Shown piece by piece: positions 1 through 11,491 of a stretch of DNA of 64,000 bases; within the stretch, counting starts at the first letter, position 1, and every line of letters starts with the position of its first letter. The translations under genes were made by a program, and so were the position numbers. The stretch is from Gonapodya sp. JEL0774 (taxonomy: Eukaryota): assembly GCA_027604505.1 (NCBI GenBank), contig JADIIX010000091.1, positions 1 through 64,000 of the forward strand, in the 5' to 3' direction. Under the pieces are notes generated by a model, which worked only from the letters and a program-made list of their open reading frames with translations, was not told the DNA's origin and ran no database searches.

Positions 1-653
1 GTATGAGCTGTGGTGGGGCGAACGCGCGGAGAAGCGAAAGCTTTCGGTTGCGGGGTAGGTACTTGGAAATGTGCAGCGGGCTGCCAGAGTCATTGTAACA
101 TGACTTCTGCTCCATGAACTCTCAGAAAATCTGCAACTGTGACACTCCAGGACTTGGTTGAGGCAGGTGAGATGCTGGTCGGCGACGAGCTGGTTTACAG
201 ACGCGGATTTGGCCAGAGCATGGCAGAAGTTGAAGGATCAGCCAAGGTGAGAATAGGTTTGCTTATTACAGTAGGATATGAAACACATGGTATTGTCCAT
301 TCTTTCAGATATTGTCAATTACGGCAAAAGGCCAGTTCAAGGTGGAGATTCAATCACGGGGTAAGACCGCGGCACCCAGCAAGGTTTTCGACTCGCTCAA
401 CGCTCTTGAAAACGCTATTGTCGATCTCGATGGACGAGTCGCGAAATCGAAACGGCCCAACGGAAACGCTTGGAAGAGTTTCGAACAGAAGAGGGAGGGT
501 CGCTCTAGAGGGAAAATGTGGGAGGTGCGAATGACCGAGTGGGAGAAAAGGGAGTCGGCGAGGTTAAGTGCTGAGGATTGTGCATCTAATGAGGATTCTG
601 TGGACGCTTCAAAGAGCAGGAAGGGCAAGGGCAAGGCCAAATCGAAGGCGTGA
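1..653 (+). CDS. 3' part of an ASX-homology (DEUBAD) protein with a C-terminal RAMA-like domain; 5' end lies outside the window
   Basis: Exons 1-54, 126-246 and 309-653 join in frame through GT-AG introns 55-125 and 247-308. YELWWGE resembles the end of DEUBAD. TLQDLVEAGEMLVGDELVY...SITAKG...FDSLNALE...NGNAWKSF resembles RAMA. Confidence 0.65.
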
Positions 654-1036
654 AGTGTCCAATTTTCCGTTTGCTTCATCAGATTTTTCTCCAACCATGT
701 TAATGCACAAATTTGCTTCTTTCAATAAAAGAAACTCATTGATCATAGTGATGTCGCGGAGCAATCGACTTTTGAATCGATTTGCTATTGGAGCGAATTT
801 GGAATGACGAGCTCAAAAGTTGGCCCAGCGATTCCAGCGAATACCGCATGGGAGCAACGAACGATTCACCCCGACGCACGTGATCTCTCGAAAATCGCGA
901 AAGTCAAATTGCCATCGCAATTTTGTTTGCCCCGACCATTGTTTCGAACTGTAACCTGGGCGTCTACGGGACCATTTCAAAACTTTGAACTTATACAAAG
1001 TTACATCTATTAAAAACTTGAAGAGAGAAAGAAGAT

Positions 1037-4000
1037 TCACGTATGGAACAATTTGACCTATATGAAACGAAGAATCCGTCGCAAGCGCGGTCGATCAGTC
1101 CTTAAGCATCCTCCATCACTTCAGCCCGACATCAAAGACTGCGGTCCTTTCAGAGATTCCAACTCACCACGTCCTTTATTTGCGTACGGCATATCGGACA
1201 CCCTTGTCCCTTCTTTTTTACAGCAGAAGCACAGTCCATGCACATCGCATTATGCCCACTTGATGAGAGTAATGAGCGAAAGCCACCGAAGCGTTGCGAT
1301 TTTTCGATTGAGCGAGCGTTACTTCGGGGACTCTGACACGCCAACATTGCGTTCGTCATCCACTCACCACGGCACAAGCACACACTCCTTTGGTTGGTCG
1401 CAACACACAACCTGCGTGGGGAGTCCACAAAACGTTATGATCATATTTCGAAATCACGATTGCACACCAACTCGAAGGCAATCAACCACTTTAAAAGAAA
1501 CTTACGCATTCATCCGGACTCTCCGCTGGAGCCGCCCCTCCTGGTGACTTTCTCGACGGTCCTGCAGCTGCCTCTGCGGCCGATGGAGACGCCACGTTGG
1601 CTGATTCTGCCATAACGGCCTCAAGCAGAGCCTCCGTGCTCAACGCCCCGGGATCTCCAGGCGATATTTTCTCCGCGACCGCACGCACGCGGCTCGGCGC
1701 CCAGTCCATAACAACTGCTACACGTGCAATCGGATCGTCAAAGGAAATCTGCATTTGCGGTTCCGGGGTCGTGCCCCGAACTGAAGTAGGTGAAGGTCCC
1801 CGTGGCGGCAGTTGAGGGGGAGACAACGGCTCTGAGGCCGCTCCGTTGCTTCTCGCCGCCGGTGTCGGCACGAGCACAGCTTCAACCAAGTCTCGGACCG
1901 TTAAACCTTCCTCGCTCCAGGTCACCCCAGGTGCAACTTCTTGCAGCCCGTCTGCAGCACGCTCCACGTCGGCCCGGGCGAAGCCCAAGCGAACAACTTG
2001 ATCGATAGCCTCGGTACGGGGATCGACGGACGGTGCCGCGGGGGCAGATTGAGTGCTCATGTTGCTCGAAGTGGAACCCTGGTGAGACTGAGGACGCAGA
2101 TCAGAGCCCGAGGCGGAACGGACCGGAGTAATAGGTATTTTTGGGAGTTGCGAGAGTGTAGGTGAGGACGTTGAAGAGGATAAATAACTCGGTGGGACAA
2201 CGAGGGGTTGTGGGGCAGGATATGGTGGTCTCGCCAGAGGTGGTTCCGAAAGAGCAATTGAGGGAGGGAAGGCGCCAGGGATTGTCGGAACATGACGGTC
2301 GAGCATAGTAGAAGGGAGCACCTGGGTGGTCGAATTCACGTTCAAATTTTTCAGGGTACGTACTTTCGCGGGCAAAACTTGTTACTCACTGGCACGCCAC
2401 CTATCCCATTGCCTCGTATACCCAATCCTCTTACAAACTCCTTATCTTCTTCACATAATTGTTCGAGAAGTATCGCAATTTGCTCCCCTTCTGGTGTCCT
2501 TATGTGCACGCTTACGGGAGAGAGGGGGTTGGTTGCAACAGAAGGGGCAACTTTCATAAAGGATCCTGGGACAGAGAATGCGCGGGTTCGGTCACGCCAT
2601 ATGCGCACACCTGCCGCACCCGTCGGAGGTGTGGGAGGTGGTGTTGTGGGAAGTGCTGCGACGTTCAATGCATTGGTCGCAGGGTGCGACCCCGGACGAG
2701 AGTAGCCCGTTCGGTTAGGCGGAGGGCCGGGGGACGTAGGTATGGTGAAGTTGGGGATGCTGGGTAGGCCGATTGGAATGGTGGTAGTAGTTACAACGGG
2801 TGTGTCCGGGGTCACGGTGAGAGTGACCCCGGAGCCCGTCCGCACAATAGGAAGACCATCCTCTCCAGGCGCGGTATTACTCGAGGACCCACGAGGGCCC
2901 ACCACATCGTAAACGAGTTCGGCGTCTGAGACCACAGGCGGTGCTGTTTGATTGCGTATCGGAATTGCTGGTGAGCCTCCACGTCTCGTGACAGAAAGTT
3001 GGGGGGATCCTGGCGGCAAAGGGGTAAGTGTTGGAAGGCCGTTACCCTGCGGATGTGGTTCAGTCGGAGACGTGGCGGTCCCAGGGAGTGCATTAGGGGG
3101 TTCCGAAGAGCTTCTGTTCAAACGGGGAAGTATGAACGCCGTTACGGGGGTGAGTCCAGGAGTGGAGGTGTCATCATTTATCCGCCCTTGAGTTCCAGCA
3201 GGTTGGGAATTCTCCTGTACCATCGGAGACGGAGAAGAGTTTGCAGGAGAGGGTGCTGCGGGCCCCAATTTCGGGGATGCCGGGGCCCGTCCCGGGGAAG
3301 CGGCGACGGCATGAGCGTTTGCCGAATTTGTTGCTTGAAGGAGTGGAGAAGGTGGAGGGCGACTCTGAGCATCGATTGCCTGGAGCCTGGGAGAGGATGC
3401 AGGTCGACCCTGACCCGCTGGAGGATTCGGGACTACCGGCGAAGTGGTGAGGTCAAGAAGAGGTACAGGCGAAGGCAAAAAGGCGACCGGGATTGCAGCT
3501 ACGGCTGGAGTGGCGTTTGGGGTGGGGGTTGAGGAGGGAGCAGTGTTCGCTGGTGGCCAGATGAGGCCATGGGGATGGACGATGCCGGTACCCGCCGTGA
3601 GAGAGTCTCTTCTAGTCGCGATAGCTGTGTTATCATCGGGGGGCTTCGTTCCAGCTTGTGAAGGGGAAAGGTTCAACTCTGCGAGGGTGGGGTACAGGTC
3701 TGATGCCCGTCGAATGGCTTGGTCGGGTGATGACAATGGCGTTCCCCCTGGTGCACTGCCTTTAAACGCAGAGGTGAGAGGAGCCACCACAGTTTGAGGC
3801 GGTCCAATTACGTCGACAACGGGTCCTTCAGTTAGAGGTAAATGACCGTCGGGGGTGTTGTACAAAGGGGGACCTCCGAAACTTGGGTACGCCGAAGCGC
3901 CTCTGAGAGGTGGGCCTCCAAGCAGTGATTGTCGAGGGCCGTTGATTGCCTGGACCCTAGACTCTATCCTCTCAGGAACGATATCCTTGGACGCAAGCCG

Positions 4001-4842
4001 TGCGGGGGGGCCGTTCGGGGGGTTACTCACGAGCGACGGTTTGCGAGAAGGCGCTGCAGGGAAAGGCTGCACAAAGAAAACATAATTAGCATGGCTTGGC
4101 GGGTCAGGTCCAAGGCGGTATGTCCCTTTCGCGGGTAACGGACGAGCCAAAGTTGCAGACACCACGGGGATGCGCTCTCCGCCAGTCCCCAGCAAATGCC
4201 CATCGAATGCGACAATGCTTTTTATCTCGTCGCTCCGCCAACGTTCAATATGTCATGGCTTCCACATCGTACCCGCCATGTGAGTTCCTGTCGCTGCACA
4301 TTTATAAACACTGTACACGGGCAGCAACAGTCTCCAAGCGTACTCCCCACCACTCACTTGGTCTTTCAAATATGCCAGGGGTAGCAATCCCCACGGTCCA
4401 ATTGCACCGTTGCCCGAGTCCTTGGCCCCGACCCACCAGTTTTTGTCCGTGGTTGGTTTGTGGAACACCAAGAAACGCGCCCCAACGGGAAACGTGAGCT
4501 CTTCCGGCGAGGTTGCTGCATAAGGATGCATGGAGATAGCGAGAGATATTGGGGAAACGAACTGAAAACAGGTTGCCGCGGAGGTTGAAACCGTCGGTTC
4601 CACAGCAACGAGGAGATGTATACACACACCTCTCGCAAATACGCCTTCGGCACCACGCCTTCAGTGTTTCCGGCGAGAGCTGCTATCCTGAAGACGACTT
4701 TGACCTTCCACCATTCGTCTGCCGAACTCCGTCCTCTGTCCACCAACAGAACAACATCACCCGGATTGAGGGGAATCTCTTCCGGACCCTCAGGCTTGAA
4801 GGAGTACAACGACCGCGCGCATCCGATATATTTCGTCTCCAT
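1037..4842 (-). CDS. Sla1-like adaptor/E3 ligase: SH3-SH3, Pro-rich region, SHD1, two UBA-like domains, C3HC4 RING (multi-exon)
   Basis: SH3s: ARSLYSFKPEGPEEIPLNPGD..EWW..GVVPKAYL and MHPYAATSPEELTF..NWW..GLLPLAYL. SHD1-like: RIWRDRTRAFSVPG..VHIRTPEGEQIAILLEQLCEEDKEFV. UBA-like: AIDQVVRLGFARADVERA. Spliced RING: CVVCCDQPKECVLVPCGHNAMCMDCASAVKKKGQGCPICR. Confidence 0.8.
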
Positions 4843-5898
4843 GGCCGCCCGGAACCCAAAGATCTCGTGGGGCGGAACCGTGACCGCGTAGATATAATGC
4901 CCAGAGTGGGTGAGGCTAGTGGACTGAAGGCCAAAGCCTTCCCTCAAAACAAATAATCGTACACGGAAACAAACTCGCAATCAGCGTGCTGAGCGTCGAG
5001 TTCCTCCTATAAAAATTGAATTTTTCTAAAGAAATTGAATTTTTCTGAGGAAGTTTGTGTTCTTCTCAACAGGGGCGACGACGTGTGCAAGTCGCTCTCG
5101 TGAACCAATCCGTGATACGTCTACGCCAGCGAAGAAAGAAACAAAAACGCTGGAAATGATCCGTTTATCGGGGAAATCACATTCGGAAGTTTCCGACCTT
5201 GATCGCCGACTACCCCGTCCATCTACATTGTCACTCCAAAAAATGCATGTTAATGTGGACCCCTCCGCCAGTTCCAGCCGCCGCAGTGGATAGGATTGTA
5301 GCTCTCGGGTGCTGCTCTCTGGCAAGCCGTATTGACGGCTGACTGGGGACGTGGGGACCAGTGCGGCTTTGATCCGGGCTGCTTCTGATTGCGTAAGTCG
5401 AGCGCTACGGGATGGTCATGGACCGAGGCGCAGCTTTCCTGTGAATCAAGTTGACGGATGCGCTTGTGGGCGTGTTGGCATAGGTGAGCTCGTTAAGTGG
5501 AAAGTGGGGAAGGAGCACCAGACTGAGAAACACAGAAGCTCAACGGCTACAAAGAATGGCTTTGCGCACAGAAAGGAACTATTTCGAGTGCTGTAGTCCT
5601 CTGGTTTTGAATACCACGGTGCCCGGCCCCCGCGCGTCGTGCTCTGGGAGTCGGACTCATGTCTGACTGCGAACGACGCCCCCGTATCCCTCGCTGTCTC
5701 TCTTTCGATATCGTGCATGTCATTCGCCGCACGTTTAGCTGGAGTTTATTCGAAGAAGAGTTGGCTCCCACTCAGAAAACGGAGACGGTATCGGTTTTTA
5801 CAATTCATATATAATAGTCACATGTATTAAAGTCACTGCTGCAAAAGGAAGACCTCAATCCTCGTAAGCACCGAGCGTTCCTTGCGGTCTTATGGTGT

Positions 5899-6879
5899 TC
5901 ATACAAATGTTTTGAGTACCAATGCGTCGGAGCAGATCGAGAGCGAATCGTGCCCTAGTGCTGAGATCGAACGCACACATTGTACTCTCCTTTTGGTATA
6001 AAAAGTGACAGAAGCCTCGTGGTACATTGCTATGTGGTCTATTCTGTCGTTGTAATAATTATGTAAAGTTCTTTTTACATCTGAATCCCACTCGTCCCAG
6101 CAGCTCCAACACACATTCTCCAAGCTAGTGTTTCCAGGCTCATAATCTTGGTGGAAGAGTTACGATGGGAATGGGAACTCGGTGATGAGGTTCCTCTCCC
6201 AGCTCATGTGATCGCACTTGCTATGTTCCTGGAACGCCGGTACATCAATCGCTGGATCATCGCTCTCCCCCTCAAGGATCCATTCTTCGTCCTCTGTAGT
6301 GCTGATCAGACCAAACGTGACATGAAGGTTTTCTTTCTCTTGAGTGCTCATGGTCCCATTGGCATCTGCGATTGCACTGGTGGTTCGACATCTCACGACT
6401 CGGATCAACCCTGAAATGTTGTTGTCCCATCTGATTCTCACATCAGCCTTGCCTTGCTGAGGACCAACGCTCCCACAGTGAGCTCTGTAGCCAGCCTGCT
6501 TGCCCGTGGGAGTCTTGGTCCCTGTACCGATCGACTCCAGCACAAGCGTGTTCCGGCCAATGCCTTTGGAGGCAAAGAGGATGGAAAGCTCTTGCAAGAG
6601 CAGAGACGCAGTGCACAAGCTCGAAGAATTGGACAGGGATGGTTTCAGTGGGGCCGGTGAAGCCCGGATGGAAACGGTAGAGGCTATAGGACCACGGAAG
6701 ATGCCCATGGATCCAGCGATCAAAATGCAGATGGCAATCGAGATCAGAATAATCAAAGAGGTGGAGGAGTCTTTCATTCCGGAGAGTGTGGGGATGATAG
6801 ACGGCGGGCAGTAGTCACAGGTGGCGAGTGAACTCGTGATGAGATCAGAGTTTGGCTGGAAGTCCATTGCGTGGGACAT
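5899..6879 (-). CDS. Hypothetical protein with one hydrophobic segment
   Basis: Long ORF 6160-6984 with a TM-like stretch (LIILISIAICILIAG), plus a downstream ORF 5899-6123 that may be a further exon. No recognised family. Confidence 0.25.
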
Positions 6880-7353
6880 AAGCGAAATCTGATAGCTCAA
6901 GAAAGAAGGATGGGTAGTCGATACGATGAACGAACGATGTAATAGTGTCGTTTGAGATGGGCAGTATTTGTGACGCCTTCGCACGGCAAGTCATCTACAT
7001 CTATCTAGCGCAATCAATTGACCACTTCACTCCCATGAAATGCATTTCTGCATTGGTCCAAAAGTCAAAAATAATATGAAGTATCTGCGCACAATGAATC
7101 ATTTTTAATTGTTGAATATACAAGGTACTTCCGGGTTGCTCTTGCACGGGTTCATGCTATAGGTGCAAGCCACCGAGAATTGTACAGGAAACGATCGTGC
7201 AATCCTGAAGCGTAGAATGTTAGGTCATGTCTCGATCATACAATCCATTCATTTGAATTGAAAAAAAGTAAAGTGCTGTCTGATATACCGAAACAAGAAG
7301 TCTATATGTCAGTGCCTCATCAGCCAGTCGATTCGAAATCAGGCAAAATGGTC

Positions 7354-8297
7354 TTATCCTGCATTCATGTATTGATGAATCGGAGAGGAAACGAATGCGT
7401 GAACTCCAAGCGTTTTGCTCCAGTCTGCAATAAGATCTCCTTGTGTGGTATGTAGAGTCCGACGAATAACTGAGGAGAGCGTTGGATTGATGCGTGCATA
7501 ATCATTGTGTGGCGTGGACACTTACTTTCGTTCAAGTACCAGCCTGCGTGTGAAACTGTCAATACTTATCACTCCAATCCATGACCAAAAACACCAACCT
7601 CTAGTCAATGCGTGATACGACTTCACTAGCTTTCCGTCGAAGTTGTGCGGTTGTCCAGCAATTTGCCTTGCGATTAGATCCAATCTGAAAGCTCTGATAC
7701 ATGTGGACACCGCTCCAGTTCCAGCCATCCGACGCCTCCCTAGCGAGAAATGAGACTTTTGACGTTCTTGTGACGTTCTTGTTGCCGATGCAACATGTGC
7801 AGTGCCTTACTTGGTGCCCCAACAGGTCTTTCACCAGGACGTTTTCCTTGCCTCCTTCCGCGAACTCAGGCCAAACCTCTGCTATCTTTTGTTCATACGA
7901 AAGTTTGCCGCTCGATACTGCGTGACCGATGGATATGGCCATCAACGTTTTCCCACTCGAGTGAACAGTTTGTATGGAATCAAGAGTGTATGGCTGAGTT
8001 TTTGTGTCGTCTGTCCAGCCACCCGCAAGCTCTACCACTTTACGTCCCTGGTCTATGAGTTTACGGTGAGTTTGGAGAAGAGATTCGCTCAAATTGCCTC
8101 GATTGAAGAGAAAACTGTCGGAACCTCTTGAACCGAAAGGACTCACAGTATGCAGAGAAGCTCGCGCCCAGTTCCAATCCCTTCTCAAAATTTTCAGCGA
8201 ATGCTTGCAATACAGCCTGGAATCCGGGCTCGAGTGACCCCGTTGCGAAAGGAATCCATCTCGATCCGCTTGTGAAAGGCTCGAAGTCAATGATCAC
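7354..8297 (-). pseudogene. Beta-lactamase/transpeptidase-like serine hydrolase, probably pseudogenised
   Basis: FAENFEKGLELGASFSAY, SxxK motif (HSSGK), WPEFAEGGK..LLGHQ and YHALTRGWYLNE. There is a 1-nt frameshift near 7684, a stop at 7354 after about half the usual length, and no in-frame ATG at the 5' end. Confidence 0.7.
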
Positions 8298-8513
8298 AAT
8301 GTTCTCTTCGGCGATCGAAATTATTCATTTGTTCGCAGATGTGTATGGGCCAATTCAGCCCGACATGGCTCCCGTGCGTGGAGAGCCGTTCTCGTGGCGC
8401 ATGCATGCCTGAGCGCGTTTTTCGCCGGGTCATGCAAAAATCCCGCAGGCCCATAAGAAGCCATCAAAGAGCCATCAGAGCACTTCGACGCTTCCCAGAC
8501 AAAGTAATCACCA

Positions 8514-8968
8514 ATGCCCTGCAACTGCGGTAACTGTGAGTTTCCGTCCCATGTCGTCTACCCTAATAATTGGTTCCGATCTGACCATCTCGATCCGTCT
8601 TCATTCCCAGCCTGCAATTGTGCCTCTGAAAACGGTTGCAAGTGCAACACAACTCCTGCGCCTGCCCCCGCGCCCGCGCAGACTACGGACCACGGATGCT
8701 CTTGTGGTGCCGGTGAGTTTTTGAGCGAACCGTTTGTGAGCCGACCGCCGGGGAGGTGCACGATTGGGGCTATGGACGCTAGATCCACGCGTCCACTTCG
8801 GTTTTGGTGTGATCTCATCGATCAAGAGTATCCGAGATTGTCGCTCACTTGCTCGTTCTCTTACTGTTTCTTAAACCCATTCTCACCCATTTCATCCCCA
8901 TCTGGTCTCCTCTACCAGCCTGCAAATGCACTGCCAACGGTAACTCGTGCTCGTGCGGAAGCAAGTGA
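8514..8968 (+). CDS. Metallothionein, 57 aa, 3 exons
   Basis: Exons 8514-8535, 8611-8712 and 8919-8968 give MPCNCGNSCNCASENGCKCNTTPAPAPAPAQTTDHGCSCGAACKCTANGNSCSCGSK: 12 Cys as six CxC pairs, no F/Y/W. Confidence 0.9.
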
Positions 8969-9369
8969 AGTTTGCACTCTTTCTGGCCACCAACTGTTAG
9001 TCCCGCAACCCGCGACGCAATTCGCACTGGAGCACTGTTCCGCAACCCCTCATCGTAATGTTATGGCTTCGGCCGTCACTCTTTGTATTGTAAATGTACA
9101 AATCCAATTCTTTTCGATTACTTGGATTTCGGAGTTCTCTGCATTGGCAACGAGACCACGAAAGACAAATGAAATTTATTTTGTTTGAAATGAAAAGTAT
9201 TGTTACATTTGGTTTAGATTAGTTTCTTTTGTTTGAATATTTGAAAAGCATTTTGAAACATGAATCTTGATGTTGAACTGTATTCTTCGCTCTCCACGTA
9301 CGTTTCCAATTCAAGGCAGCGCTACCGATCTTGAGGAATCTGTTGATGTTGCTCCATCCCGAGCTGTTT

Positions 9370-11491
9370 TTACAAGCCCTTTGGCCCCCTGGCTGAATCC
9401 TGTTGGGCCGCTGCTGCTTGGCAAGACGCCATCAGCCCTCCCCCTTCAGGTACACGCATTCAATGAGTTCATTAACTTACTCGTGTGCGGATTCACAGTC
9501 GCTTGATCGTAAGATGGACTGAATGGATTGTACTGTGGAGACGTAGCGGAGTGCTGTCCGAACATCGCTGACCAACAATAGATGCATGAATGACACAAGC
9601 GCGTCCACCACTGAATTTCATGAACGTACGAGAGTAGGGTGCTGAGGTCGGTGCGTAAGAAGGCCCAGTCATATGATAGACACCCCTAGTGTCAGAGTAG
9701 TCTGGGGTAGTAGGCGAATACAAAGGACTGGTTGGTGAATAAGACGGGCTCGTCGGAGAGTACTGGGGGTTCATCGGAGAGTACTGAGGGCTCGTCGGTG
9801 TGTGGCTGGGGCCCGTCGGCGTGTATCGGGGTTTCGCCGGAGCATACGAAGGGCCCGTGGGTAAATACGCCGGACTCGTTGGAGCATACGAGGGGCTTGT
9901 GGGCGAGTAAGACGGGCTTGCCTGTGAGTAGCAGGGACTCGTCGGTGAATAATCGGGACTCGTCGGAGAGTATGCAGGGCTCGTGTGTGAATAGTCGGGA
10001 CTCGCCGGAGAGTATCCAGGGCTCGTCGGTGAGTAACACGGTGACGTCGCTTAAGAAAGGCAAGTGCAACTGAAATGCCACTGCATCAAATCAAGAAGAA
10101 CCGGAATCCCATACTTACGAGAGTAGGTTGGCGAATATGGGCAGTAACCTGGGCTAGTTGGAATGAACGATCGTGCGCTCCCATCGAAATTTGCGCCAGA
10201 CCCTGCTTGACCCGCGATTGACTGGTTAGGCTCTGTTGAAGTGGCAGAGCTGAGAGCCCTGGCGTTGTTTGCCGCCATTGGAGATTGTGAAGCCTCCCTG
10301 CCAAAGAGAGATCGGAACACGCGGTCAAAGATTCTGCGACTGCTTGGTGGGTGAAGTCTAAAAGGGGTCAAAGTTAATCAAAAAGTCAATACATTGGTAA
10401 TTTTGAATCCTCACGAGTTGTGGACATTGCCCTGCCCAGATTCGGTCAGGTGGGATCCAAGGCCACCCACAACTCTGTCACCGTTGTTCGGGGGGTTTGG
10501 GCCTTGTGTTTCGATCGCAGATTCCTTAGATCCAAGTCCGTCGGTTGGCCCAGTCTCCCTCCAGTGTTGCACTTGTGGCTATTGGATAATGAGAATATAT
10601 TGGTGTGCATTATTTGTTGCGACTTTGCAACGATCTCACTCCGTGTGCCCACCTCATCGACCTTCTTGCCCAGGTCCTCCACTTCGCAAAGCATCTGGGA
10701 TTCGCTGGAGGCACATCTTGGTTCGTCACGCAAGGACTGTACTGCCTGCTGTTATTGTTATCACATCAGGAACTCTTCCAGTACCGTATGCGGCTTCCAC
10801 CGACTACGCTGACCTGTTCCATTATCGTTCCAGCTTCGCCATTCCATTCTGCTGCCCAACCTAGGTGTGCATCCTTGCGATGCTCACACAAAGCAGGTGG
10901 ACGGGGAGTGTTAGTAGACTTCGTGACGTCCTCCATGGAGGTTGAGGTGGAGTCATCAACTAGCGAAACGGGTGGTCGGTGTCGCTTTCAATTGCCTGTT
11001 GCCAAGACTCCTCACCAGTGTTAGTGCTTACCTTGATTCTTATCTGAGGTCTCGGATCTGACCGTGTTTGGCTTCGACGCGCGTATCTCGGGGGCGATGT
11101 CCGCCATCGCCGTGGTACCCATGCGCAGCCCTGGTTTCTGGCGTCGAGCTCGAGCTTCAGTGACTGGAGCATTATAAATATCACCAGTTGCGACGCTCCT
11201 TATGTTGAATTCCCGAGCTGGAGTAACGTTTAGCAGCGCGTTTTGTGACGCCGCAGTCGGCGGTGGTCGGAGCGCAATCGGCGGGAATGCTGTTAAGGGG
11301 GACGGAGCTCCCTCGAAAGATGATATTGATAACGTGGGCGATGTCTGAGTTGTGGGCGTCCCGGAATCCAGCTTTAGAGCGTTTGCTAGACCAGCGGGTG
11401 ATGGAGGCCAAGAACGGGCCAGTTTTGGTAATGGCTCCTCCAGTAGCTCGTCTACCGGCCGCTCTCGCTTCCTTCTTTCAGTTCCGGACAT
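9370..11491 (-). CDS. Disordered protein with NLS-like N-terminus and about 25 Pol II CTD-like heptads; no polymerase domains
   Basis: ATG at 11491 ([17 protein letters not shown]). Low-complexity exons lead into the heptad exons (10167-10119, 10049-9630, 9567-9481) and a stop at 9370. Splicing between about 10.7 and 11.0 kb is less certain. Confidence 0.7.
9491..10167 (-). repeat. Coding 21-nt-period tandem repeat (YSPTSPS-type heptads)
   Basis: [182 protein letters not shown]. Confidence 0.95.

Noticed and set aside
8514..9188. 224-aa ORF
   Set aside because: It reads through the metallothionein introns and 3' UTR; the spliced 57-aa product explains the Cys pattern.
9491..10167. Calling this locus RPB1
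   Set aside because: No polymerase domains upstream, and only about 1.3 kb of disordered coding sequence precedes the heptads.
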